Source of the DNA: a virus
DNA: 64,000 nucleotides
Direction: 5' to 3' (one strand)
Virus record (IMG/VR): IMGVR_UViG_3300022198_002714
Coordinates: 1-64,000 of that record
Part shown: positions 23,601 through 28,598 of the stretch, piece by piece
Layout: every line of letters starts with the position of its first letter
Numbering within the stretch: position 1 is the first letter of the stretch
Notes under the pieces: generated by a model
What the model was told of the DNA's origin: nothing
Databases searched by the model: none
The model's input: the letters and a program-made list of their open reading frames with translations, nothing else
Program-made: the position numbers and the translations under genes

Positions 23601-25250
23601 CGTGGTGCTTGACACGATTTCAGTCACCGTAGCCGTGGCATCTTCGCTAAACACGTCAGTCAGGGCGTTCATGGCAAACGAATTGCGCAGCGAACGGGAC
23701 ACGTTGTCGTAGCGCATTGTCACAATGTCCGCTGCACCGGTCACCGTTTGGTCCACAACCAAGTCCGACGGCACCGGATAACGGCGCATGAACTCATGAC
23801 CGACAACGTGCGAGAAGGTGTGCCGCCCGCTATGTCCAATTTGGAACAAGGGGTCAACATCGCTCGGCCACACGACCGCGAACGGATTGTTTGGGTCGTC
23901 GGTGGTGGTTGCCATACGCGATGAGTACACCATGCCGTGCTGCTCGTTGTCCGTTTCGTCAATCACCATCTGACCGGTGCGGTCGAAGACTTGCGTACCG
24001 TAGTGCGGTGGTTGGTACGGCTTACCCGTACCGTTGTCAATCAGCAGGTCGGCACCGACTACGACGAAGTAGTTGTCCACGTCAGCCGTCCGGTTGTGCA
24101 GCAACCCGCGCAGCCCACCCGTACCGTTCACAAAGTCAACGTGAATGCTCGTCAACTCGATGACACCCGTGCTGCCGTTGATGCTCTTGACACGCACACG
24201 CTCCGGTGGCTTCTGATTAGGCTTCTGCGTGGCCCGCGTGATGGCACCGGGGTTGATGAGCAGGTTGTAGGGTACGTGGGCAATTGAGAGCGTTGAAGGG
24301 GTGCCTGAGCCGGTGTAGTAGTCCACGACCTTGTACGACCCCATACTGTACGGTTTGGCCGTGAAATCAACGGTAGGGGAGGCAGAATCGTACGGCTTAC
24401 CGGTGAACCGTACAATGAGTGCTTGAGCATCGCTTGCAGACACCGTGATGCTCGTAGCGTTTGCGCTCACGGCGTTGAACGAATACGTTCCTTCCACCAC
24501 GTCAATCGGCTCTTCAAAGCGGTACAGACCGGTGGACACGTCCGATTGGGTCGGCATGTGCGACTCAACGGTGGACTTGTCGTAGTGGCCGAGAAAGTGC
24601 AGGGCTTCGACCGCACCACGGAACTCACCGCCCTTGCCGCCCACGTACACGTGTTCGGTGGAACGTGCGATGCGCATGTCAGCATCGAGTTTCTGCGATG
24701 CGATGAGGTCGCCGTTCACGTACAGAAACGCCTGACCGAAGGAAAATCCTGCAACGACGTGGTACAGGGGTCTGTGCGCAGCGTTGAGGTTGGTCGCCTC
24801 ACCGTAGGTACCGGTGTCAAAGCGGTTGTACGAGTCGTGTACGCTGCCCGCGTGGTGAGGATAGACGATACCATCCCATCGGTCGCTGGCATCAATTGCC
24901 GAAGTCAAATATGCCTGAAACAACCCTGCGCTGCCCTCAAGCAGCAGGTCGAAGGTTGCGGGGCCGGGAGTGTCCACGGTACCAAGCGAAAGCGTGAACT
25001 GCCCCTCACGGTGAGCAATCACACCACCGCAGTCGGGCACGACCCATGCCTCGATAACGAAGTCGCCGTTGGCCTTGGGAATCAGCGGGCTTTCACCACC
25101 GCTACGCCGCTCTTTCTGAAGCAGGTTGGTGACCACCTTCCCGTCCGGCGTGGGCTGACCCGTACCGATGTAGTTGCCTTGCGGCAGAATGACCGAATCA
25201 CTTACGCCGTCAAAGAAGAGGGCGTGACTCGTTCGACCGACTGCAACCAT
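8688..25250 (-). CDS. Giant 5520-aa tail/adsorption protein with N-terminal LamG (concanavalin-like) domain
   Basis: Uninterrupted 16.5-kb ORF with GAGGTGA SD; FFDGVSDSV..FVIEAWV..YHVVA..LYVNG..FRGAVEAL LamG pattern; follows the TMP and distal tail genes. Confidence 0.8.
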   Translation of the reverse strand: MVAVGRTSHALFFDGVSDSVILPQGNYIGTGQPTPDGKVVTNLLQKERRSGGESPLIPKANGDFVIEAWVVPDCGGVIAHREGQFTLSLGTVDTPGPATFDLLLEGSAGLFQAYLTSAIDASDRWDGIVYPHHAGSVHDSYNRFDTGTYGEATNLNAAHRPLYHVVAGFSFGQAFLYVNGDLIASQKLDADMRIARSTEHVYVGGKGGEFRGAVEALHFLGHYDKSTVESHMPTQSDVSTGLYRFEEPIDVVEGTYSFNAVSANATSITVSASDAQALIVRFTGKPYDSASPTVDFTAKPYSMGSYKVVDYYTGSGTPSTLSIAHVPYNLLINPGAITRATQKPNQKPPERVRVKSINGSTGVIELTSIHVDFVNGTGGLRGLLHNRTADVDNYFVVVGADLLIDNGTGKPYQPPHYGTQVFDRTGQMVIDETDNEQHGMVYSSRMATTTDDPNNPFAVVWPSDVDPLFQIGHSGRHTFSHVVGHEFMRRYPVPSDLVVDQTVTGAADIVTMRYDNVSRSLRNSFAMNALTDVFSEDATATVTEIVSSTTASSVVHNGLPSAAREVIGIGGADFDFRPFLLKGPAPLSGSDVNDTTRLYHLVPETTSRVAILNVPALQTSHNMAPFVEIHYNAIDLTGASMGISGPMLMVEKTVPAASLDLGGGTYVYDLIAAALDATMYAPGGMLILDPDVKSSNEYMFESHSLIGDNTGGADYDSELDFTRTPAEYTPVSSVDAEPCTPPAPVRASHVSLDHESVYNRLTFTKAGIVTEDDLTEIGGYKRVTPTEEKTGAGVFDVGIPDGISPVHETFDVIDNYLAPSGKLHIFVQPTDRRRSNQLLSALEDDSSITIMLMMARTRLRSISEENDPESNLTTITVTGAGVVESVLNRNVSAVGEGSPDSYIVKEIEPNAPVVTVTLGGPGQGAVNTKPTFDPSPLMRLPGSTRRSCAVRATHVYAKNDTVTTKNILSVAPLNNGSPDIASWGTIAFPKVGRVYLDNGASAEYASKGGSGFIFTNVSASGTGRYLGADGEEYSNFFLWCNAVGLMKTTSSPADVQTSLTLYNDPNFADDAMAQDGSTVNDRLFQSMDTVTHDYQLGTQFASTRAMVEIPVFPQQFFDHPEQGIFPGPDNSMKLHLDATYTAHSWNPTPVGRRANDIGQADKQASSAYGSNREGFVAAAHIERIVKNPIPSPGFYEIYVDFPEIFPNADEGSLPRSVGNMKSVGYYRRCFLANGMSALYVNDPTTDGFIKVPVPSSKNHGTFIEGFFTNAIPGAALFVAQGFRSETLVPTDSDASTPSSDFEGRSPYYYDAANVQTQGGNLDYGMRQYVSAVEFKAGPLANPHAPRTVSKRAASTILSVPSVSGNTYTITLEDGSLFPDVPFTRDASNVIQFETGDPLYIAEVIQADGSTQDVYYLGRFNNTFTQNTIAIVATSTPTLVGATLRLKHVAHALHTLSNPASAVTEEKKVVTFLPSATADQWTFSSSYGGGTTTTLNITCTTADLMAHANVVGLNIRPDDHVYVDTGSAINYLGQVSKVESAEVSGGSDRIILAANNLAAITSGNKIRVAAESVMTVDDEAILNRAWVHPYATGGLRHGDTVWANMSINNPHATEGLFAKSRGVFNDGLVWKGFNGGSGTLADRPRNSIPLENFLIGDSCLETAINYAQHVNKTVQMNYESMGLDAEQAPVVAYVDPYLATDGHARVLLYDVGHDREFIAFHDLHMQVQSSAATPTIGYTRQLAYKDGTINLDKFLMGRNGAAPHYLTTQIDVANGYPSENPFLRATQQSKFIEGAYAHNVIGGVNQNPYNASSEQSWTVLNNPDVDTYNVLFASKGHGHFVHTGLYHEKGSSDLTVGDSTLPRTQPAVASPYWSNAIHQLSRINADSHPLITALRVHRAEQNPNTHTLKDPSTLFDTPDGTRTISAFLSLKGKRSIALDLSGHDEERLQHLPHWTQMDFVRRMTVDFGEIGVKEGVTDIEAAAREIVRLINQGGAANGRTHARRPSQQYPGESERLDLTRIGVRQDIGNPNRDPTSAHIFADFAATGSTYDPAPWWYPDEAFDSHDRGSHMGYLRAHIGRVVEDLDGNEGFSIVIHSTIPGASGRNFCAWLDNSKGQSSYKPQYLIGHGGRFRNFWSQPDEVSGENMHPAPLPLNKHGRPFAPITSLREYVAQEEPDDMFASNLDVAARNDVEKNALARKVSATMGGTVNNSVADESFEAQSPATSLVEGLRRGSTAVGRINFGGLVEAGVPGFAPDAGAFGFGRRGSTRHFSRYGTNASEYTSHVNTEEVTEDAIGDTPLYGMRFTDHRGRGYGVRYVYRCVNQPFANELTTLPSTLDDEIIIHFDDRDVAQGGFTIGHHMAGVGDATGRLEPKSGMTEATWVGNRWRGVFAADAGLNCQATYSSDTITVVLDTPYDTGSTEFNNHPDILGYLGFPKTNGIMQLTDPYSGSATTLHGVVGNTFSYESRTSNDTTGTHTFYGVRGADFTATHTSASFVVTDVPSGVSFKAGNTHQLILSPRLNWTTLLTDEVIAYATVAAINMQDPNMEDGYSVDVRHLYAADGRTLGDWGVGEDAIIIRAHNPQRGIKPLSQMFSASLHRDYGIQAAHIEFGEYQKIAKTSATWSVTAGLIPPLSDAQIASSKQLTCGYIPRTIVQVRTRGRGYHANTPTPILVDSYNDPVNLKRWDENLKGVRFLSRPGDHILPCLSNPLLKTQSVSSNVFTMAATNKLGHAMIVGCTRTITGTYTTTDRLLAFGQKIQLYHARNNYSVVFANQGANALTEFTFNEREASDEWFDEFGGKTLNQDYYFISSIGEFDGYRLHGSVDSEPIVYFRGARDSSDHDVPLYFGGGFSGVVLDVNDGTQNDYADFYTHPYSTGPTGTAGIQNANEISTSFALVDCNALLAFFPGTALLNQHRGSIHPPAYNKDSILTTDVDVGFATKHNDLPAHVTARYTAGMVYQRPIPLVLRMGHPTARYDDARNSITNHTTYVIYGPGQAFPFTETTAANADVEPHPGFVVTVGNTWSKVPHSKQLPNPITNDKNDYGPPTSTYQSNRQRYHWYSTWNWSPAEGIPRVGAVSSGVSLWQRPEHGYHFGEHFNLQATVSSLNISDYAAAHPYKHAPIVGYGIASQADLTFHMDGGYHPGGSWLDNQLSFNAPLEPSDYRVTRDSWNEVNPTAFRVSGVLAKQVLAGASAEEGDDFDREIIVVDATRCQNGEELAALLGQAINENPGKGALKAMGGTHLPSMGSAMRQDRYGWVELDYDDYTIDATKSYSYVEATLSGGTQAILEQLPASGWIRTDNAGRTLHTVDLPAFAPYHSREVYYDIGVFPSTWKVRFWLAPNRLTGNPELEDAQTFDDSTLPTAVDLSGVTKVYVWSKAGVHRFNNEDDATRDHMTQVHFAGIVDAIDRTRPVGAVGWSGERYSYLNSLKVGSEGYGAGRGAWHPKLGFSPYGSASTVMTAYGHVPHTYALYNTPESLVYANYDGVGTPYDSWTVETGSISYTAYNADSTGAYKAADSAINLTNSLTDFSIPRELYHPQGVFSKGFLVVSYESELALVAKRDRDGITATGDWLAVVSKTRAGTAAATAITFAGTAQWDERIHGPERFYAPATGGPNVEALIVSGTATPASAATNDPEVAQYDFHLGASSDNSLYNATPAFAQIGDLFFDLDKSVGSYLLNDASEVERNLMVDMRTAGGGTDFNAKHDDLRYWLAQTNGYESLARTPMRNFSVEHVVWKRMDGGNLSLPALNARGLGGVPFVTRVSGGTAYTTGEKLYGNVRFSFETTNSAMFPIIQAQELAHPQIAARHPDELRNVLMVPNEEIQFDSIEVEDDTGQIHTIEGGSPFGTIVRAFRKLSNRTSEGLAPAIAGSGVEPNLKVRLPDPNTIPGNIIVRSGFDRLQAYQTETMGSGGMMRPGLADALKHQFTDEVDGPRRGPTYSDHEWDHISQSASGEAFPDMTRKGWSAATGNAPLESSYELHDRTLFFHVTKCGNTHTHRYPTHYTHANGVQNNDLSATGFSSGTLTVDATIDAALYPTTFGNQEAADNRRFLRLYDAATDRGGVASFTGISGDTFTGCVGDAEFDALVANGVSGLKVVPSYYMPAGSTRFYAARRLRDHAEVSGNSPDMAHTLYYTNVDANTTAHSIFTKPVLTPMALPRMGHHYVTPTMAMLPGHWAHPAYQGLYDKHRAIRASSHKYVEQSLMESLGFNEVKSDITTTTTDQFFGLDPQLRIGTLTATPGGPSDIHGGAFTLMFETKVRHDGYGVLASEGAAGTINSQGGQTIILEAAATYSLKHHFPDPAEVGAYQIVIQPNLNKSQFIGYHENAANELTSQQVALVVGIREVDGTTGALGLVLAQTTEADVRGCEVFINEVMIDHDPDHGSQFTNIPPLLLYNSFGVQETEAPAFTRMSLPYHPGMFADATPGLTTNIPWWSIVHRRPPNHADSEGFRHLTWHRFDNYYEFARANAGNVASQITLAGYPSSAPDMYSKLFNLISLNPVATVVSASTFAVVVDDARGFPEYPYYGQKLEYTDANGVRRTTEYTDVIAGSTQVIINHPANADFTNNLTAGTKLRLTRAYDFRPSGAIFTDSKTSIITRMLPQTLQGSRDTNSLHLADAFLCMWHPNLGRPYTFYSDSARTFLNPLTDRAVDNKPYNSMPEHFETIHYHDAPYFGSVGPFGLAIKTPPPLVKATFDGNPAAVTSVTPSTKRIAFQVGPHVGTNIVTGEVISIAGRAYTVASVSLIGSITVDQTPDAEIPVGTIAYRGGNNAVQTAESITSSGEYVAQGGQTDSGDDSTKVMLNNMWPSGSRGGPLVSSLDGYGAVAASWTYAGDYGYERRVWQQDGTGVTTSTYDSLSNPTTPLPFGYRFGLRQPYNKPQWSFYGMRAYRAGVTVGYYTADYQHGPLVQRETQSWVHHNALPPVTYPETYVGIMERQTNFSGMLGVDMAERQVRYSDGMRMTRSFGAPVRTLRNKSTVIRDWWGDDNGKEIANIDEAVMYYLVDWWGNTRGEDVRRFPVRGFGIRPAWDAGDAYDPGRSTDATPYERLYNDGSPLVNLKGIVDSASSNISLAPGVTIPRFGGRQNTTNNNNANTLIDVFMPANAMRVGDMGNGRGIRYPTQFNEDRLTALDEANYTTGVVLSHHTAEPVFGDGFIRPRNDELASDEVPRGISARLSVDEDGLLKPEAVVSPRVETISGSTKHTDAVSRSAPRIGLDTENVEGVDDNLIALNTEAHSLHADRGVGQRVVLVGGMTAGSQTIGNLDYTGLNFGAQPVGGVARFSHTSNFNPLGGTYVAETRNYLAAVSDYGWGPVGADKASNPYATSTFDSTSAQMNHTDKTISFLFRPVRLLDEQHVEMFRPNNNLHSSSPQYGSNYFSTTGGGKYGVYAYEMPSARASAGEYIRATNPDTNPPYAPVYHMVIATSDTVPDSKGPNLGGSNGMDTSKLDNDVTRLVISENSLQHHRSDAARRRTSAESDDTERRADYTVKARFSQSLHPKGHKGDVDYGESDHSGDAS

Positions 25251-25254
25251 GTAT

Positions 25255-25261
25255 TCACCTC
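25255..25261 (-). promoter_or_regulatory. Archaeal-type Shine-Dalgarno GAGGTGA (example; recurs near 1487, 28594, 30457, 34724, 62519)
   Basis: TCACCTC on the + strand a few bases from many - strand starts. Confidence 0.75.
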
Positions 25262-26417
25262 ACAGGATTACGTCAGCCGGTAGGAAGATGATGGTGAATT
25301 GGTACAACGGTTCGCCGCCCAATCGCACAAACGTAGCCTTGTCCACGCCACCCTTAATCCCTGTGTAGGAGTTCTTCGCATCGCTGAATTGAACACCTGC
25401 GAGGGTAGCGTTCTCCACGTCTTTTGTCTCAGGATTTTGCAAATGGTACGTCCCCGTCGTCATGAAATGGTTGACGGCGGAATACTTCTCACCCGACGCT
25501 GCGTTGACCATTGACTCAAATGGAATCTGAATACCAATGATGTAATCTCCACCACCGCGTGTATTCCTACGCCCGGTCACATCATCTCGTTGACGTAGGC
25601 TTCCTTTCTCAAGCCCCCGTCCGCCGTCCTGCGAGTTGTTTAGCACACCCCACAAGTGCTGCACCTTGTCGCCCGCACTCATGCCTGTGGTACCTGCTCC
25701 TTCTTGGTAGCCAACGTATTTTGTAATGATGAGTGGTTCCTTTGCACCGCTGTTCCATTTTTTGAACTTCGGGTATTTGGTGTTATTACCGTTTGCAGTA
25801 CGAGTGATGCTCACTACGGCGTTTGCCTGTCCGGTGTAGGGTGAAGTGCCCGTTGAAGTAGTGTAAGGGGCACCCATAGCAGCAATACGATTTGCAATTC
25901 CTTGAGCAATAGATGCTGCTGATTTGGCGGTCGAGGTTGACGCATCGTACGTGCTTACCCAATGAACTGAGTTTGGAGCGAAGAAACCATCCGATGCTGA
26001 GTCTTCCACAAAGTAAATTACATTCGTATCATCGAGAGCAAGTCTTGGTGTATTGAGATTGGAAATAGTAGTAGGTTCCCAATATCCTAAAGCACTTACC
26101 TTGACCACTTCCTCTTTTTCAGCATCAGTAATTTCATCTCCAATTTTTCGTACTCCGTCTATCCTGTACGAAAAATCAATTGAAGCACTCGCTTGCGTGC
26201 TTGACGACACAAACACCGCATCATCATCGGTCATGACACCTTCCAATTGAATGACGGCACGGGTCAGGTTGGAGTCGGTAGCGACACGGTGAGAACCTGA
26301 GTACACAAGTGGCTTGGGGTTGAACTTGCGGTCCACGTCCATTGTGACCGTCGTGACGTTCAACTCAATGATGCCGCCGTTGCGCTGAATCAGACGAATC
26401 GGTGTACCGTTCGCCAT
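25260..26417 (-). CDS. Putative distal tail/baseplate protein
   Basis: Directly after the TMP; conserved-looking beta-rich termini around an AT-rich variable middle. Confidence 0.5.
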   Translation of the reverse strand: MANGTPIRLIQRNGGIIELNVTTVTMDVDRKFNPKPLVYSGSHRVATDSNLTRAVIQLEGVMTDDDAVFVSSSTQASASIDFSYRIDGVRKIGDEITDAEKEEVVKVSALGYWEPTTISNLNTPRLALDDTNVIYFVEDSASDGFFAPNSVHWVSTYDASTSTAKSAASIAQGIANRIAAMGAPYTTSTGTSPYTGQANAVVSITRTANGNNTKYPKFKKWNSGAKEPLIITKYVGYQEGAGTTGMSAGDKVQHLWGVLNNSQDGGRGLEKGSLRQRDDVTGRRNTRGGGDYIIGIQIPFESMVNAASGEKYSAVNHFMTTGTYHLQNPETKDVENATLAGVQFSDAKNSYTGIKGGVDKATFVRLGGEPLYQFTIIFLPADVIL

Positions 26418-27475
26418 CAGAACCGCCCCCTCATGGTGGTGCCGCCAAGGTTGCGGGCCAACTCCTGCTGAATCATGTTGCCAATCTCACGGGCCAATTG
26501 CCGCTTGTCGGTACGGTCGGTGATGCCTCCCGCGTTGACTGTGATGTTGTAGGTTTGATTGCCGCCCGGAGCGTTGTCGCCCGTAAGCGGCACAACCGCT
26601 TCGGGGCCTGCCTCACCGATAAGTGCAAGCGTAGGGGAGTTGACGATACCACCCTTAGCGAGTGCAGGAATCGTCCAACTGCTGAGGTCCATGCCTACCG
26701 TTTGTTCACCGAATGGCCCAAGGTCGAATGTCTTTGAGAAGTTCAAAGCACCAACAACTGCATTCCATCCCTCAATGATGATGTTGAGTGGTGCTTTCAT
26801 CAAGTCACCAAATTGAGTAGCAAGGTTGCTGAAGAAGGTCGTAATTGACTCACCCGTAGCCGCAAGCGTACCGCTTGGGTCGGCAATGAAATCCATGAGC
26901 CATCCAATGACAGTACCACCGACGTTCATAGCGAAGTCAAAGAAGTCCCCGACCTTCGTAATGCCAAAGTTTGCCACACCACTCAGCAGGTTGACGATGG
27001 TGCTGAGCGGTTCGGGTAGCGCACCAATGGCAAGGTCAATCCGGTCCTTGATGGAGAACGATGCAAACGCACCGCTGCCCGTAATGAAGTCGAAGACGAG
27101 TTGAAGCGGCTCAGGAATTACAAGAGCGAAAATACCCGCCCAATCAATTGAGAATCCGTCAAAGAGTCCTGTCCAATACTCTTTGGTGAAGACTTCAGGT
27201 AATTCAAATCCGGTGAACAGGGCAAAGATACCTTCGACTTTTTCCATCACCCCGTCCTTGATTTCCTGCCAACGAGCCATCACATTTGTCTTGAACTCGT
27301 CCCACCAAAGTTTGAGGTTCTCCCACTTTTCCAAGATGGGGGTCACCACGTTGTCGTTCACGAAGGTCTTGATGGACTCAAATGCCTTGATTGCCGTCTT
27401 ACCAATGTCCTCAAACGCAGGGGCGATGCCTTGTACGAGGTTCGACAAGGACGCCATGGTTGAGAGCAGCGTCAT
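26417..27475 (-). CDS. Tape measure protein (short, 352 aa)
   Basis: Trp/Phe-periodic amphipathic helices; C-terminal LAKGGIVNSPTLALIGEAGPEAVVPL typical of TMPs; follows the chaperone pair. Confidence 0.8.
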   Translation of the reverse strand: MTLLSTMASLSNLVQGIAPAFEDIGKTAIKAFESIKTFVNDNVVTPILEKWENLKLWWDEFKTNVMARWQEIKDGVMEKVEGIFALFTGFELPEVFTKEYWTGLFDGFSIDWAGIFALVIPEPLQLVFDFITGSGAFASFSIKDRIDLAIGALPEPLSTIVNLLSGVANFGITKVGDFFDFAMNVGGTVIGWLMDFIADPSGTLAATGESITTFFSNLATQFGDLMKAPLNIIIEGWNAVVGALNFSKTFDLGPFGEQTVGMDLSSWTIPALAKGGIVNSPTLALIGEAGPEAVVPLTGDNAPGGNQTYNITVNAGGITDRTDKRQLAREIGNMIQQELARNLGGTTMRGRF

Positions 27476-27479
27476 ATCT

Positions 27480-27755
27480 TCACTCCCAATTCAAGAACGA
27501 GTAATCGAGGCTTACGGTTTCGCGGTCGCCGCCCTTCGCCTGTTGTCTCCTACGTTCGCTCTCCTTTGTCTTCTCTTCGGTCGCCACCATTGCCCAAACG
27601 AGGGACTGCTTGAAGAGCCGAGGACTGAGGGCGTACACTTCTGCAAGGGACATACCGTAGTGCTGCGAGATGATGTAGGCCCACAGTTCAATCTGTGTCG
27701 CTAAATCCTCTCCGCTATCGTACGTTGTCTTCTTGAGAAAGCGTTCGACCCTCAC
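27480..27755 (-). CDS. Tail assembly chaperone, second (gpT-like) ORF
   Basis: Between chaperone and TMP; HYGMSLAEVYALSP; -1 frame relative to the upstream ORF. Confidence 0.6.
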   Translation of the reverse strand: MRVERFLKKTTYDSGEDLATQIELWAYIISQHYGMSLAEVYALSPRLFKQSLVWAMVATEEKTKESERRRQQAKGGDRETVSLDYSFLNWE

Positions 27756-28120
27756 TCGCTCGGCGTCATAAACCCCCCTTGCATGGCCTCCGCAATCTCA
27801 TTTGGCTGCGGAAGCACACGCGACACGGCTTCACCGATAGGTCCCTTCAGGGACAGGAGTTCAGCACCCGTCAGGGCGGGGTTGGTGCGCACAATCCAAT
27901 TGGAGAAGGCATGCTCCCAATACGCCTTGAGCGAGAGAGAGATTTCACCGTTTTGAATAAAGACCATTTTTTGTGCGGCGTCCTGAATATCGAGGAACGA
28001 AATGTCGCGCACCCAAACCTCAATGACCTGCGAGGGGTCATTGGGATTCACGGGTACAACGTGCATCGTTTCATCATTCGTCTTCAACAACAGGCTCTTG
28101 TCCGTCACTACTTGTGTCAT
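27752..28120 (-). CDS. Tail assembly chaperone (gpG-like)
   Basis: 122 aa, between tail tube and TMP; ends with a GGGGGGTTT run. Confidence 0.6.
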   Translation of the reverse strand: MTQVVTDKSLLLKTNDETMHVVPVNPNDPSQVIEVWVRDISFLDIQDAAQKMVFIQNGEISLSLKAYWEHAFSNWIVRTNPALTGAELLSLKGPIGEAVSRVLPQPNEIAEAMQGGFMTPSE

Positions 28121-28589
28121 TCAATTCATCTCCAATGGGTGCAGCCGCCTCTTCTTCGACGGGGGCATCCGACTCGACTTCAGGGGCCGCTTCTTCAGCG
28201 GGGCCTTCCGTCTCATCTTCTTCGATTTCGATGCCGTTGTCGTGCTGACGCAGGCGCAGTACAATCTCGGCCTTAGTGCCGTACACCGGCAAGCCGCGCT
28301 CCTTGCACAAATCACGCAGTTCGGCAACGGTCATGGCGTCATACGCCAAAGTGGAGGGAAATGGGGTGTCCTCTTCAGTCACGACCTCTTCAGCAGGTTG
28401 TTCCACCACTTCAACCTCTTCGACCACCGACTCTTCCGGTACGGCAAGACGCTCTCGTACCCAAGTAAGGATGGCCGAGTGGCTTGAGACAGGGCATTCC
28501 GCTGCATGCTCGACGCCATTCTGTTCACACACCCAAAGAGCGTACTGCTCAAGCCCAAGCCGTCGGCACATAGCGGTGGATATAATCAT
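28074..28589 (-). CDS. Acidic SAP-domain protein
   Basis: MTVAELRDLCKERGLPVYGTKAEIVLRL is a SAP motif, flanked by Glu-rich tracts. Confidence 0.8.
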   Translation of the reverse strand: MIISTAMCRRLGLEQYALWVCEQNGVEHAAECPVSSHSAILTWVRERLAVPEESVVEEVEVVEQPAEEVVTEEDTPFPSTLAYDAMTVAELRDLCKERGLPVYGTKAEIVLRLRQHDNGIEIEEDETEGPAEEAAPEVESDAPVEEEAAAPIGDELNDTSSDGQEPVVEDE

Positions 28590-28598
28590 TCTCTCACC

